A DNA stretch of 64,000 bases from an uncultured Candidatus Saccharibacteria bacterium (GTDB lineage: Bacteria > Patescibacteriota > Saccharimonadia > CAILAD01 > BJGX01), in NCBI GenBank assembly GCA_964610335.1, contig CAZSVP010000002.1, positions 14,376 to 78,375 of the forward strand. The letters run 5' to 3'. The translations under genes were made by a program, and so were the position numbers. The notes under the pieces are model-generated. The model did not search any database. It was not told the origin of the DNA and worked only from the letters and a program-made list of their open reading frames with translations. Positions 18,366 through 27,118 of this stretch are shown piece after piece (the stretch's first letter is position 1; the number at the start of each line of letters is the position of its first letter).

Positions 18366-20456
18366 TCAAAATGTTTGCGGACGCTCGATCACATCACGCA
18401 AGACATCGGCGATAGTCTCGGCCATTTGTTCAATTGATACATCAGCTAAGCTGTTTGGATAATACCTTGCAACATGTTCAGTATATGGCCCAATACCAAG
18501 TCCTAGTATTTTTTGATTAGTAGATGAAGTAATGGTCTGTACTACTGTTTTCAAATCGTATTCTGCTCCTCCATGAATAGTGGATGGTGCTGGCTCGCCG
18601 TCTGAAAGCACAATTAAGAATTTTTCGGATTGTCGCTGACGGTCCAACCGCTCTGAAGCTTGTTGGATTGCCCATCCATCGTCGTTCCAGCTTGCATGGT
18701 AGCTTCGCACTTCATCAAGCATCTCACCAAGTGACTCTTGTTGACTTTTTTCTATGCGTCGACCGAACGGCTTAAATTCATGAAGTACTTCATTGAATCC
18801 TAAGATCTCCATATTTATACCGAGTCGGTTTAGTACTTCGGCGAGTACTACCACCGCCTTAAAGGTTTCGTTAATTTTTGCACCATTCATTGAGCCTGAC
18901 AAATCAACGAGTAGTGAGATAGCGTAGTCCTTCTCACTTGGCAGCTCGCGACGTTCCCAAGAGCGTGATTCGACAGCACTGATACCCTGAGCTTTTTCTT
19001 GCATACGTTTGCTAATATTGATCCGCCGTCCGGTATTATACCCTGTTGTATAGCGGTGTTGGCTGCGTGCCACAAAGATAGCCCGCAAGTCTTGCTCTAA
19101 ACTGTTGATGATTGGAGCAAGATCATGACGAATCTCCTCGTAAGCATTCTGACCTTCATATATGCCCTCCAGAGCTGACTTGAAATCTGTCATTACCGGA
19201 GACGGTTCGGGCGGCCTTACAGGTGAAGTTGGCGGTTCATCTGGGGTATCATTGAGGGATGGTGTTGCTGCTACTGGTAGCTCGGGCGCATCTACTGGTT
19301 CTGGAAGATCTGGTAATGGCGTAGAATCATCTTGTGAATCACCCACCCAACTACCGAGCTTGTCGGCTAACTCGCCGGCTAAATCTTCGAGTTCCTTGGC
19401 AGCCTGTTCGCGAGCAGCTTGTTTTTGCTCATCAGTTAATTCTGGCGGCGACTCTGGAGATTTGGGCTGATTTGATCCTGGTGCAGGAGTAGGGGGTTGT
19501 TCAGGTTCATTTGGCTCGCCTGTGTCTGATGATCCCTCGGGGGGAGATGGCATGTCCAGTCCAGACCCACCAGCTTCCTCATCCATATTTTGCTGCATTT
19601 GTTCTTGTAGTTGTTCAGCCCGATCTTCTACATCAGCTTCGTAGAGCGGTAGCAGATGCGGCCAGATCTGTTCTTCCATGATTCTGAGACTCAGTTCCGA
19701 GTATTTCATAATCTCGTCTTCACCACTATCAGCCTCAGCGCGGGAAGGATAAGTCCACCAGGCCTCTTGCGCTGCATCCAAACAAGCGTCCACTGCCTCA
19801 CGTACATCGTCTGGCAAGCCTTCACTAAGCTCCATTTCCTTCTCAGCCTCATCGCGACTCCACTGCTTGATCAGCTCAAAACCCGCCTGTACAAACCGTG
19901 GGGTTTGACGATCACCACTCTTCTCCTTGGCCCACTGCTCGATCTGCATATCTTGCTGATAAGCATAAACCATATCACCACGCATGGCTGGATAACTATC
20001 AGCCAAAAAGTTGTTAACTCGAGGATCTTCAACACAATTGACCATAAACATAAAGCCTGGCTGTTGGATTGTCTCTTTCATAGACTCAGGGATCCGAGTA
20101 ATCCGCCGGTGTGAGCCTTCGTGTGCTATCACAAATTTGAGGTAAGAATCCTCCTTCTCAAGTAAGTCTACTGGATCAGCAAATATCTCATTATCGCGAA
20201 AATTCCAGTACCAGCCCGCGCCTGGTTTGCTAGCCTTTACTGGAATTTTAAAATCCTTACCAATAAACTTGGCAATGGCTGACAACTCGCGCAACTTACG
20301 TTTGACCTGTTTTCTCTGCTTTTTATCGAGTTCGATAGCCTTGGCTTCAGTCGCCTCGGCATCAATTGGCTCTGAAGTAGGCCCAACACTTTCAGTAGGA
20401 GCCGACTCCGGATCAGGATTATCAGCGACGTTATACAAACGCTCTTGTTCTGGCAT
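18366..20456 (-). CDS. VWA-domain protein with N-terminal HExxH metallopeptidase-like domain (DUF2201-like) and ~200 aa acidic Pro/Glu-rich linker
   Basis: VIAHEGSHRR (HExxH); MIDAS DLSGSM...; T ... SDGEP in C-terminal VWA; low-complexity PEPS-rich middle. Confidence 0.7.
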   Translation of the reverse strand: MPEQERLYNVADNPDPESAPTESVGPTSEPIDAEATEAKAIELDKKQRKQVKRKLRELSAIAKFIGKDFKIPVKASKPGAGWYWNFRDNEIFADPVDLLEKEDSYLKFVIAHEGSHRRITRIPESMKETIQQPGFMFMVNCVEDPRVNNFLADSYPAMRGDMVYAYQQDMQIEQWAKEKSGDRQTPRFVQAGFELIKQWSRDEAEKEMELSEGLPDDVREAVDACLDAAQEAWWTYPSRAEADSGEDEIMKYSELSLRIMEEQIWPHLLPLYEADVEDRAEQLQEQMQQNMDEEAGGSGLDMPSPPEGSSDTGEPNEPEQPPTPAPGSNQPKSPESPPELTDEQKQAAREQAAKELEDLAGELADKLGSWVGDSQDDSTPLPDLPEPVDAPELPVAATPSLNDTPDEPPTSPVRPPEPSPVMTDFKSALEGIYEGQNAYEEIRHDLAPIINSLEQDLRAIFVARSQHRYTTGYNTGRRINISKRMQEKAQGISAVESRSWERRELPSEKDYAISLLVDLSGSMNGAKINETFKAVVVLAEVLNRLGINMEILGFNEVLHEFKPFGRRIEKSQQESLGEMLDEVRSYHASWNDDGWAIQQASERLDRQRQSEKFLIVLSDGEPAPSTIHGGAEYDLKTVVQTITSSTNQKILGLGIGPYTEHVARYYPNSLADVSIEQMAETIADVLRDVIERPQTF

Positions 20457-20549
20457 AAAACTATCATACCAAACTCAGTATGGGAGACATAACTGGAATC
20501 AAAAATGACCCGCATAGCGGGCCATTTTTTGTACAAGCAAACTAGTTGC

Positions 20550-21014
20550 TTATTGGAGTTCTACAGTAGCACCAGCTTCTTCAAGCTTCTTCTGAGCTTC
20601 CTCGGCTTCTTCTTTCTTCACTTTTTCTTTTACCATCTTAGGAGCACCATCTACTAGGGCTTTGCTTTCAGCAAGTCCAAGCCCGGTGATCTCGCGTACG
20701 GCCTTGATCACGTCGATCTTCTTCTCACCAGCACCGGCTAGGAAGATGTTGTATTCACTCTTCTCTTCGGCGGCTTCGGCAGCTTCGCCGCCACCACCAA
20801 CTGCAGCCACAGCCACAGGAGCAGCAGCGCTTACACCAAAGTGATCTTCCAGTACTTTAACTAGCTCAGCAAGATCAAGTACGCTTAGTTTTTCAATCTC
20901 ACTTACCAAGTCTTTGAACTTGGCAGGAACTTCTTTTTTCTCTTCGGTCTTCTCGGCAGTAGCCTCAGCTACTTCTTCTTTTACTTCTTCTGGTTTTGTA
21001 GTTTCTTCAGCCAT
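20550..21014 (-). CDS. rplL: 50S ribosomal protein L7/L12 with ~30 aa acidic N-terminal extension
   Basis: Conserved CTD ...[27 protein letters not shown]... Confidence 0.9.
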   Translation of the reverse strand: MAEETTKPEEVKEEVAEATAEKTEEKKEVPAKFKDLVSEIEKLSVLDLAELVKVLEDHFGVSAAAPVAVAAVGGGGEAAEAAEEKSEYNIFLAGAGEKKIDVIKAVREITGLGLAESKALVDGAPKMVKEKVKKEEAEEAQKKLEEAGATVELQ

Positions 21015-21017
21015 GAT

Positions 21018-21548
21018 TTAAGCATCTCCTTTGGACTCACCGATGGCATTGAGCGCATACAGTAGTCCGGTTATATTTCCATTCAATACTCGTACAAATC
21101 CACTTAATGGTGCAGCAATTGTGCCGACCAGAGTAGCGGTAAGTTGCTCGCGACTTGGTAGCTTGGCGAGGGCGGCTACTTGCTCTGTGGTTAGTATGGT
21201 GCCAGCCTCATCAATAGCACCGACTATTTCTAGTGCGTCGTGAGATTTAGCAAACTCATATACCAACTTGGCAGTAGATGCCTCGTCATCACCAAAGGCG
21301 ATTGCCATAGGTCCTTCAAACAAGCTCATATCTAAGTCCTTGAGCTTGGTTTGGCTGAGCGCAACTCGTACGAGAGTGTTTTTTGCTACCTTGTAGCTAA
21401 CGCCTGCTTCACGCAATTTGGCACGTAACTCGGTGACGCTCGCGACATTGAGTCCACGATAGTCAGTAAGCACGGCAATCTTGCTAGTCGAAAAGGCATC
21501 GGCCAAAGCAGCTACATCTTGCTCTTTCTGAGAGCGTGATTTTGCCAT
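21018..21548 (-). CDS. rplJ: 50S ribosomal protein L10
   Basis: Start ATG 21548 (MAKSRSQ) with GGAGTG SD; track ORF extends further upstream in frame. Confidence 0.9.
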   Translation of the reverse strand: MAKSRSQKEQDVAALADAFSTSKIAVLTDYRGLNVASVTELRAKLREAGVSYKVAKNTLVRVALSQTKLKDLDMSLFEGPMAIAFGDDEASTAKLVYEFAKSHDALEIVGAIDEAGTILTTEQVAALAKLPSREQLTATLVGTIAAPLSGFVRVLNGNITGLLYALNAIGESKGDA

Positions 21549-21748
21549 ATACACTCCGTTATGGTTAGTTAATGTTCTGTAATTACCAAACAAAAAATCT
21601 TTGGAATTCTCCAAAGACCTCGTGTCCAACAATCATTTGATTGTCACCTCATGTAGCAAATTAAGTCGTTTGACTGCTACAGTCTTTGGTAATTGAGCAT
21701 ATTCTAACAGATTGCCACCTGGTTAGTCAATAGTTAGCATAACGAACT

Positions 21749-21780
21749 CGGGAGGAGACTACCGAAATAGTCTCCTCCCG
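21749..21780. promoter_or_regulatory. Perfect 13 bp-stem hairpin CGGGAGGAGACTA-CCGAAA-TAGTCTCCTCCCG in rplJ leader / 3' of inserted small gene
   Basis: Seen directly; lies between stop of small high-GC ORF and rplJ. Confidence 0.45.
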
Positions 21781-21808
21781 CATTGTCAGCCAGGCATCAT
21801 CTCAACGC

Positions 21809-22126
21809 CTAGCCGACTCGTTCCTTCCGCCGCCGAGGCCCATCGACATCCACCATCTCCCACTCGCCGTCTTCGAAGTTGAAGCGAACGATCTGGTTGT
21901 GGAGCGGTGCTGGCCCTCGATACGCGATCATTGGCCGGCTGCCCAACGGTCGTCCCACACCACCACAGCCCTTCTCAGGACAGAACAGATGGTGAACGAT
22001 CTCGCCGCCCTTGCGACCTGTCAGTGTCACTGGCGACCCCCACAGCTTTGTCTCATGGCCAGTCTGATCTGGGCACACGAGATATCGCAACATGTGAGTC
22101 TGCGGCACGTTCTTACGATGAGGCAT
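21809..22126 (-). CDS. Small high-GC protein (105 aa), possible zinc-binding (CP...H..., HH..CPEKGCGG)
   Basis: ATG 22126 with GGGAGGA SD; ~62% GC island. Confidence 0.45.
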   Translation of the reverse strand: MPHRKNVPQTHMLRYLVCPDQTGHETKLWGSPVTLTGRKGGEIVHHLFCPEKGCGGVGRPLGSRPMIAYRGPAPLHNQIVRFNFEDGEWEMVDVDGPRRRKERVG

Positions 22127-22261
22127 AGTCCTCCCTTGGACGCTATACTGATAGAAACAAAAAAGACCACAGTGAAGCCACTTGGTATTCACTTTTGGTC
22201 CCCGCCACCTAGTAGATGGATCTAGAGTATATCAATGATTATCAGATCGGTCAAGATAGGA

Positions 22262-22888
22262 TTAATACAATTCTACTGGCAATTCCCAGCCTGAAGTATC
22301 TAGCTGTGTTAGATCTATCTTAATATCTATCTCAGTAGGAAGCTCATTGTCCACACCCACTGCTTCTTCCAAATCTCCCTCAACATTTAGCAAATAATGG
22401 CGTCGAGCTCTCTCCAGTGATTGTATGGCTTGATCAGTACCCATTGGTAATACAAATGGTTTGCCATCCCTGTTTAATACTCGATGCTGGTAGTCATACA
22501 TACGAATTAGCTCTTCGGGGATAATCTTGCGCAATATGCGCATACTGTGGTCGTTGGCTATTGCAGCCACCATATCTGTTGCTCCTTGAGATTTTGCGAA
22601 AGCGATCCCTGCTTTGAGTAATCTCTCGCCTATACCACTGTTTCGCAAAGCAGGGTTGACCTTCAACATACCAGGATTGTATGCACGCCTACCATCTTTT
22701 TCGTGCTCGATCCACCCTTCAAGCGTGTTGCTTGCCGGTAGCCGTAGTGATACCAACTCAAAATATTTGGTCTTTTCAGTTTCAACCTGTGGACTTGCAG
22801 TCCTTACGAGCTCAAGTGTTTTGGGAACACTATCTATATCAGACTTGCTTGAATCACCTTTGGTTTCGGTTGGTTTAGGCTCGATCAT
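22262..22888 (-). CDS. GNAT family acetyltransferase with C-terminal extension
   Basis: NPALRNSGIGERLL acetyl-CoA binding motif; overlaps glyA stop. Confidence 0.55.
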   Translation of the reverse strand: MIEPKPTETKGDSSKSDIDSVPKTLELVRTASPQVETEKTKYFELVSLRLPASNTLEGWIEHEKDGRRAYNPGMLKVNPALRNSGIGERLLKAGIAFAKSQGATDMVAAIANDHSMRILRKIIPEELIRMYDYQHRVLNRDGKPFVLPMGTDQAIQSLERARRHYLLNVEGDLEEAVGVDNELPTEIDIKIDLTQLDTSGWELPVELY

Positions 22889-24125
22889 AATACCATTGGA
22901 GTGACTTGGCTATTTCGCTTAGCTGGGACGAAGAATTATAGTTAGAGCTCAGCACGATATTGGCCACAGCGTTTCCAAGCTGTTTGGATTGGTCTGCATC
23001 TAGGCCTCGGCTAGTAAGTGCAGCTGTGCCAAGCCGCAAACCGCCTGGCCTCCAGGGTGATTTAGTATCCTCAGGTATAGCATTGCGGTTAGTAATAACA
23101 CCAAGTGATTCAAGTTTGTTTTGCACTTCCAGGCTGTCTACTTCATCTGGTAGTTTGACGAGTGTAAGATGGGTTTCGGTTGACGACACTATGTCTAACC
23201 CACCCTCTACTAAGCCTTGTTCCAGTGCCCGACAGTTGGCTATTACTTGTTTTGAGTATTCTTGAAAAGATCGATTGTCGGGGTAAGTATCTTCACCCAA
23301 CACTTCTAGCAAGGCTTGGCCTGTAGCCGCGATTTGATTGAGATGTGGCCCACCCGAGGTACCTGGAAATACAGTTTGATTGAGCGACTTGAGATACTCT
23401 TGTTTGGCAAATACCATAGCAGCTCGCGGACCTCGCAAAGTTTTGTGGGTTGTAGTGGTAACAAAGTCTGCTCCTTGGGCGTGAGATTTAAAAGGACTGT
23501 CGTGTAACCCAGCTGCAATTAACCCCGCTATGTGAGCAATATCAGCCAGTACCAAGCAGCCATAGCTGTGAGCGATCTCACATAGTTTGGCAAATTCATA
23601 CTTGCGCGGATAAGCTGAAAAGCCAATTACTACCAAACGCGGCTGAGTAGTTTTTACCTTATCTTCAAAATCATCGTAGCCAATTTCATAGCCATTTGGC
23701 CCAGCTGCTACTGAGTAAGTATCGTGTTTGAAGAACTTCAAGTAACTACTAGTGGCATGCAAATGGCTCAAGTGCCCACCGCTACTCAGCTCTAGGCTTA
23801 ACACTGTGTCACCGGGCTCTAAGACCGTGAAGTACACCATGGCATTGGCCGGACTACCAGAAAGCACTTGCACATTGACGCCATACTCAGCCGTCTTATC
23901 AAATACTTCCAAAGCTTTTTGTTGCACAAACTCTTCGAGCTCATCGGTATGTACATTGCCAGCATAGTAGCGCTTGCCCGGGTAGCCCTCGGCATACTTG
24001 GTACTCCAAACCGAGCCAAGCAGACCGAGCACCTGTGGGCTAGGATAGTTTTCGGAAGCAATGAGATTGAGGCTGTCGCGCTGCCGAGCGAATTCTTTGG
24101 CAGTAAGATCTTCAATGAAATTCAT
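22875..24125 (-). CDS. glyA: Serine hydroxymethyltransferase
   Basis: PLP-Lys motif TTTTHKTLRGPR, 416 aa. Confidence 0.92.
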   Translation of the reverse strand: MNFIEDLTAKEFARQRDSLNLIASENYPSPQVLGLLGSVWSTKYAEGYPGKRYYAGNVHTDELEEFVQQKALEVFDKTAEYGVNVQVLSGSPANAMVYFTVLEPGDTVLSLELSSGGHLSHLHATSSYLKFFKHDTYSVAAGPNGYEIGYDDFEDKVKTTQPRLVVIGFSAYPRKYEFAKLCEIAHSYGCLVLADIAHIAGLIAAGLHDSPFKSHAQGADFVTTTTHKTLRGPRAAMVFAKQEYLKSLNQTVFPGTSGGPHLNQIAATGQALLEVLGEDTYPDNRSFQEYSKQVIANCRALEQGLVEGGLDIVSSTETHLTLVKLPDEVDSLEVQNKLESLGVITNRNAIPEDTKSPWRPGGLRLGTAALTSRGLDADQSKQLGNAVANIVLSSNYNSSSQLSEIAKSLQWYYDRA

Positions 24126-24150
24126 ATGGATAATTATACATCATAACGAG

Positions 24151-24186
24151 AGTGAGCCCGAGGGATGGTAGTCCCTCGGGCTCACT
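24151..24186 (-). terminator. 15 bp perfect GC-rich stem-loop AGTGAGCCCGAGGGA-TGGTAG-TCCCTCGGGCTCACT downstream of thyX
   Basis: Seen directly; weak U-run so could be stabiliser/processing hairpin rather than terminator. Confidence 0.4.
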
Positions 24187-24294
24187 TGAGACAGGCTGCG
24201 GCGAAAAGCCTATCTCGGGTCACACCCTCGAGTACTAGGACCCGAGGATGTGTCTGAGGTGGTCTGACAGGGCGAAGGCCAGTACACCTCAGGA

Positions 24295-26094
24295 TCAGGC
24301 CGTCAGTTCCGCCAACTTGGCCAACTTCTCGGCCGTGGCGGTCTCGCTGGCCATGCGTGTCAGCTCGCCGAGCGTGTCCTGCTGGTTCACGAAGCACATC
24401 GCCTTGGCACTGATCGGATAGACACTCTGCACCTCATCGAACATGAGGTTGCACAGCTTGCGGTAGCCAGGATGGCCTTGCGGTCCGGTGCGCAATTCCA
24501 GCAAGTGGAACAGCTCACGCAGACTGGTGATGAACCGGTAGCGCATGCGATAGCCCATGCACAAGGCGTACTGAGCCTCGTGCTTGTGACCGCCGCCGAA
24601 CATGTCGTTGTACAGCTCACTGGACAACTCGAAGGCTCGACGGTAGTTGGCCTCTTGCCCGGCCTCCGCCACCAACTCCGGTACCTCGTAGCCGAGATAC
24701 GGCGTGAGCGCCGGCCACTCCCACGCACTCACCATGCGATGTCGCTGCAGGTCGCGGAAGGTGCCGTAGTCGCCAACCAGCTCCCAGTCGAAGGTGGCCT
24801 CCTCGGCAGCTCGCCCCGGCCGATGGCGCCGGTTGAGGCGCTGGCCGAAGTAGAGCTGCATGAGCTGACGCTGCTTCTTGCGCGGCAGCTTGGCGACCAA
24901 CTTGCGCAGCTTGGTCATGGAGCGACCATCCACGGCGTAGAGCATGCCAGCGCACAGCTCGCGTTCGTCGCGCGGCTGGTAGTTCAGCAATGTCACCGCC
25001 GCTTCGCCCTTCTTGCTCGACTTGTCTGGCGGCAGCTCACGGAGAGCGAACTCACGCAGGCCAGCGCGGGTCTCGGCCAAGTAGTTGACGGTCATGAGCC
25101 CACGGTCCGGCTTGTCGGTCCGCTCCAGGAACTCTGGGATCACCTTGCGAGCCTCACGCAACAGCGCGGCACCCATGGCCCGGGCCTCGGGCAGCTCACG
25201 CGACAACAGCCGCATGATCAGCGCATCGAGTGCCTGAGCCGACATGGTGATGCCCACAGTCGAACGGGTTCCGACTGGCAGGATGGCGCGGGCGGCATCG
25301 CAGGCCTGAGCTCGCACCGCTCCCGGCCAGCCAGCATGCTTGGCCGGCTCCGTCGTCTTGTCCGGCCGCGGGTTGGTGAGCTTGACGTGCTCGGTGACCT
25401 CGCGCACTACCGTGGAGTAGAGATCGAAAATCTCGTCCATGGTGGACTCGTAGTACTTGAGCATGTCGGGGTCGAGCCCCGGCCGCAGGTACTTGTAGCG
25501 ACCATCAGTCTTGGTGTCGAAGTAGATGTAACGGGTGGACTGCTCGAGATACGCCGCAGCCACCCGACCCCACTCCAACTCCTTGGTCATGAGATTGCTC
25601 ACACCTTCGCAGACGAACATCACTGTGATGAGCTGCTGCACCGAATCGTCACCGAACTCGGTAACCACACGATTGATCAGCGCCGCCGCCTCTTCGGTTC
25701 GCATGCGCCCGGCGGTGAGGTCGGTGATGGCCTGGCGAAGCGTCTTCAACGCCTGTTCACACATCGGCGTGGCATCGAAGTCACCGTCGAAGAAGTTCTC
25801 CAGCGAACGAACAGCAGAAAGCAGCTCATGCTTGCGCAGTTTGGTGAGCACGGCAGCGTCCTGCACGCCAGCGAACTCCTCGAGGATGGTGACACGCAGA
25901 TCACCATCGCGTCGGCTGAGCCGAGCCATGGCAGCGGCCACCACCACGATGTTGGCCTGAGCGGTGAAGAAGTAGACCGGCCCAGTCGGATCGGTCACGA
26001 TCTCGCTCAGGTAGCGGATGCCGCGCTTTGTCGGCACCTTCTGTCCCTTGTAGATCCGGATGTACGGGTTTCTCTCTTGCAGTTTGGCGGGCAT
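24295..26094 (-). CDS. thyX: Flavin-dependent thymidylate synthase ThyX-like (Thy1 family), long ~600 aa form
   Basis: FVCEGVSNLMTKELEWGRVAAAYLEQSTRYI aligns to ThyX FxxEGVSRxxTHELVRHRxASYxxQSQRY core; second RHR (LQRHRMVS) later; ~63% GC. Confidence 0.6.
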   Translation of the reverse strand: MPAKLQERNPYIRIYKGQKVPTKRGIRYLSEIVTDPTGPVYFFTAQANIVVVAAAMARLSRRDGDLRVTILEEFAGVQDAAVLTKLRKHELLSAVRSLENFFDGDFDATPMCEQALKTLRQAITDLTAGRMRTEEAAALINRVVTEFGDDSVQQLITVMFVCEGVSNLMTKELEWGRVAAAYLEQSTRYIYFDTKTDGRYKYLRPGLDPDMLKYYESTMDEIFDLYSTVVREVTEHVKLTNPRPDKTTEPAKHAGWPGAVRAQACDAARAILPVGTRSTVGITMSAQALDALIMRLLSRELPEARAMGAALLREARKVIPEFLERTDKPDRGLMTVNYLAETRAGLREFALRELPPDKSSKKGEAAVTLLNYQPRDERELCAGMLYAVDGRSMTKLRKLVAKLPRKKQRQLMQLYFGQRLNRRHRPGRAAEEATFDWELVGDYGTFRDLQRHRMVSAWEWPALTPYLGYEVPELVAEAGQEANYRRAFELSSELYNDMFGGGHKHEAQYALCMGYRMRYRFITSLRELFHLLELRTGPQGHPGYRKLCNLMFDEVQSVYPISAKAMCFVNQQDTLGELTRMASETATAEKLAKLAELTA

Positions 26095-26117
26095 GCACCT
26101 CTCCTTTTGTTTTTGCC

Positions 26118-26387
26118 CTATTGGGGGCGCGGTTGGTCTCGATACACCGCATCGATTGCGGCATCGACTTCTGTTTGCACCTGCTCAAAGGCTGGTCGGA
26201 GCAAGTGATCGATCAGTTTCTCGCGAAACGTGGCCATATCACCTTCCTCCAACACTACCTCGACCTCAGGCTTGTGATGCGGGTGGCCGGTGTCGCGTGT
26301 AAGCATGCGTGTAGCACGCCGATACGCTTGCCACTTGCCACTCGCTTGGTCGTAACGGATATTCAGATCCAGAATAGGCGCACTCAC
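26118..26387 (-). CDS. Hypothetical protein (89 aa) between tmk and thyX
   Basis: High-GC ORF, same strand, fills gap in operon. Confidence 0.35.
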   Translation of the reverse strand: MSAPILDLNIRYDQASGKWQAYRRATRMLTRDTGHPHHKPEVEVVLEEGDMATFREKLIDHLLRPAFEQVQTEVDAAIDAVYRDQPRPQ

Positions 26388-26398
26388 GCTGCCCCCTT

Positions 26399-27034
26399 TC
26401 AGGCAAGCAAAGGCTCAATATGAGCCAAGATGGATCGTTCGACTTCTTCCACACTGCCGCGACCATCGATGAACACGAATTGGCCAGGCAACCCCTTGGT
26501 AGCCTCGACACGGAAGCCCTCGACGAGTCTAGTATGGAATTCTTCTTTCTCCTGCTCGAAACGGTCGAGCTCGCCGCCTCGTGCGCTGACACGAGCCATC
26601 GAATCAGCAAGGTCGACATCCAGCACAAAGATGCGATGAGGGAACAACTCGTTTACCACCAAGCTGCAGACTGAGCGCACATAGTCGGCGCCGAGCCCAC
26701 GGGCATGGCCTTGGTAGACACAGTTGCTGACATAGCTGCGATCGGAGACCACTGGTCGTCCTGATTGCAGCGCTGGCAACACCACCTCGTGCAGATGCTG
26801 AACGCGATCGGCATTGAACAACAGCACTTCGGCCATGGGCTCGAGTTCGCCGGTAGCTGGATCGAGCAAGATCTGTCGAACCATACCGCCAAGCGGTGTG
26901 CCACCTGGCTCACGAGTCAGCACAGCGCCAATTCGATCGGCGAGGAGTCGGGCTTGCGTGGACTTGCCACAACCCTCGACACCCTCGAATGCAATGTAGA
27001 GCGGTTGGGGCACAGCCCTCACCTCCTTTGTCAA
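26399..27034 (-). CDS. tmk: Thymidylate kinase
   Basis: LYIAFEGVEGCGKSTQ P-loop, DRY-like motif; ~63% GC. Confidence 0.85.
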   Translation of the reverse strand: MTKEVRAVPQPLYIAFEGVEGCGKSTQARLLADRIGAVLTREPGGTPLGGMVRQILLDPATGELEPMAEVLLFNADRVQHLHEVVLPALQSGRPVVSDRSYVSNCVYQGHARGLGADYVRSVCSLVVNELFPHRIFVLDVDLADSMARVSARGGELDRFEQEKEEFHTRLVEGFRVEATKGLPGQFVFIDGRGSVEEVERSILAHIEPLLA

Positions 27035-27118
27035 AGGTCGGAAACTTTCCGCCTCTAAGTCAGGATTAAGTATAGAGTACTAGACAACAAGTAAAAAGTG
27101 TAAGTAGTAATAAATACT

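Noticed and set aside
24472-26208. 578 aa plus-strand ORF (and the nested 24387-24728 and 24617-24955 ORFs) antisense to thyX
   Set aside because: High-GC DNA suppresses stop codons on the non-coding strand. The sequence is Arg/Ala/Leu-rich low-complexity with no motif, whereas the opposite strand has a clear ThyX core.
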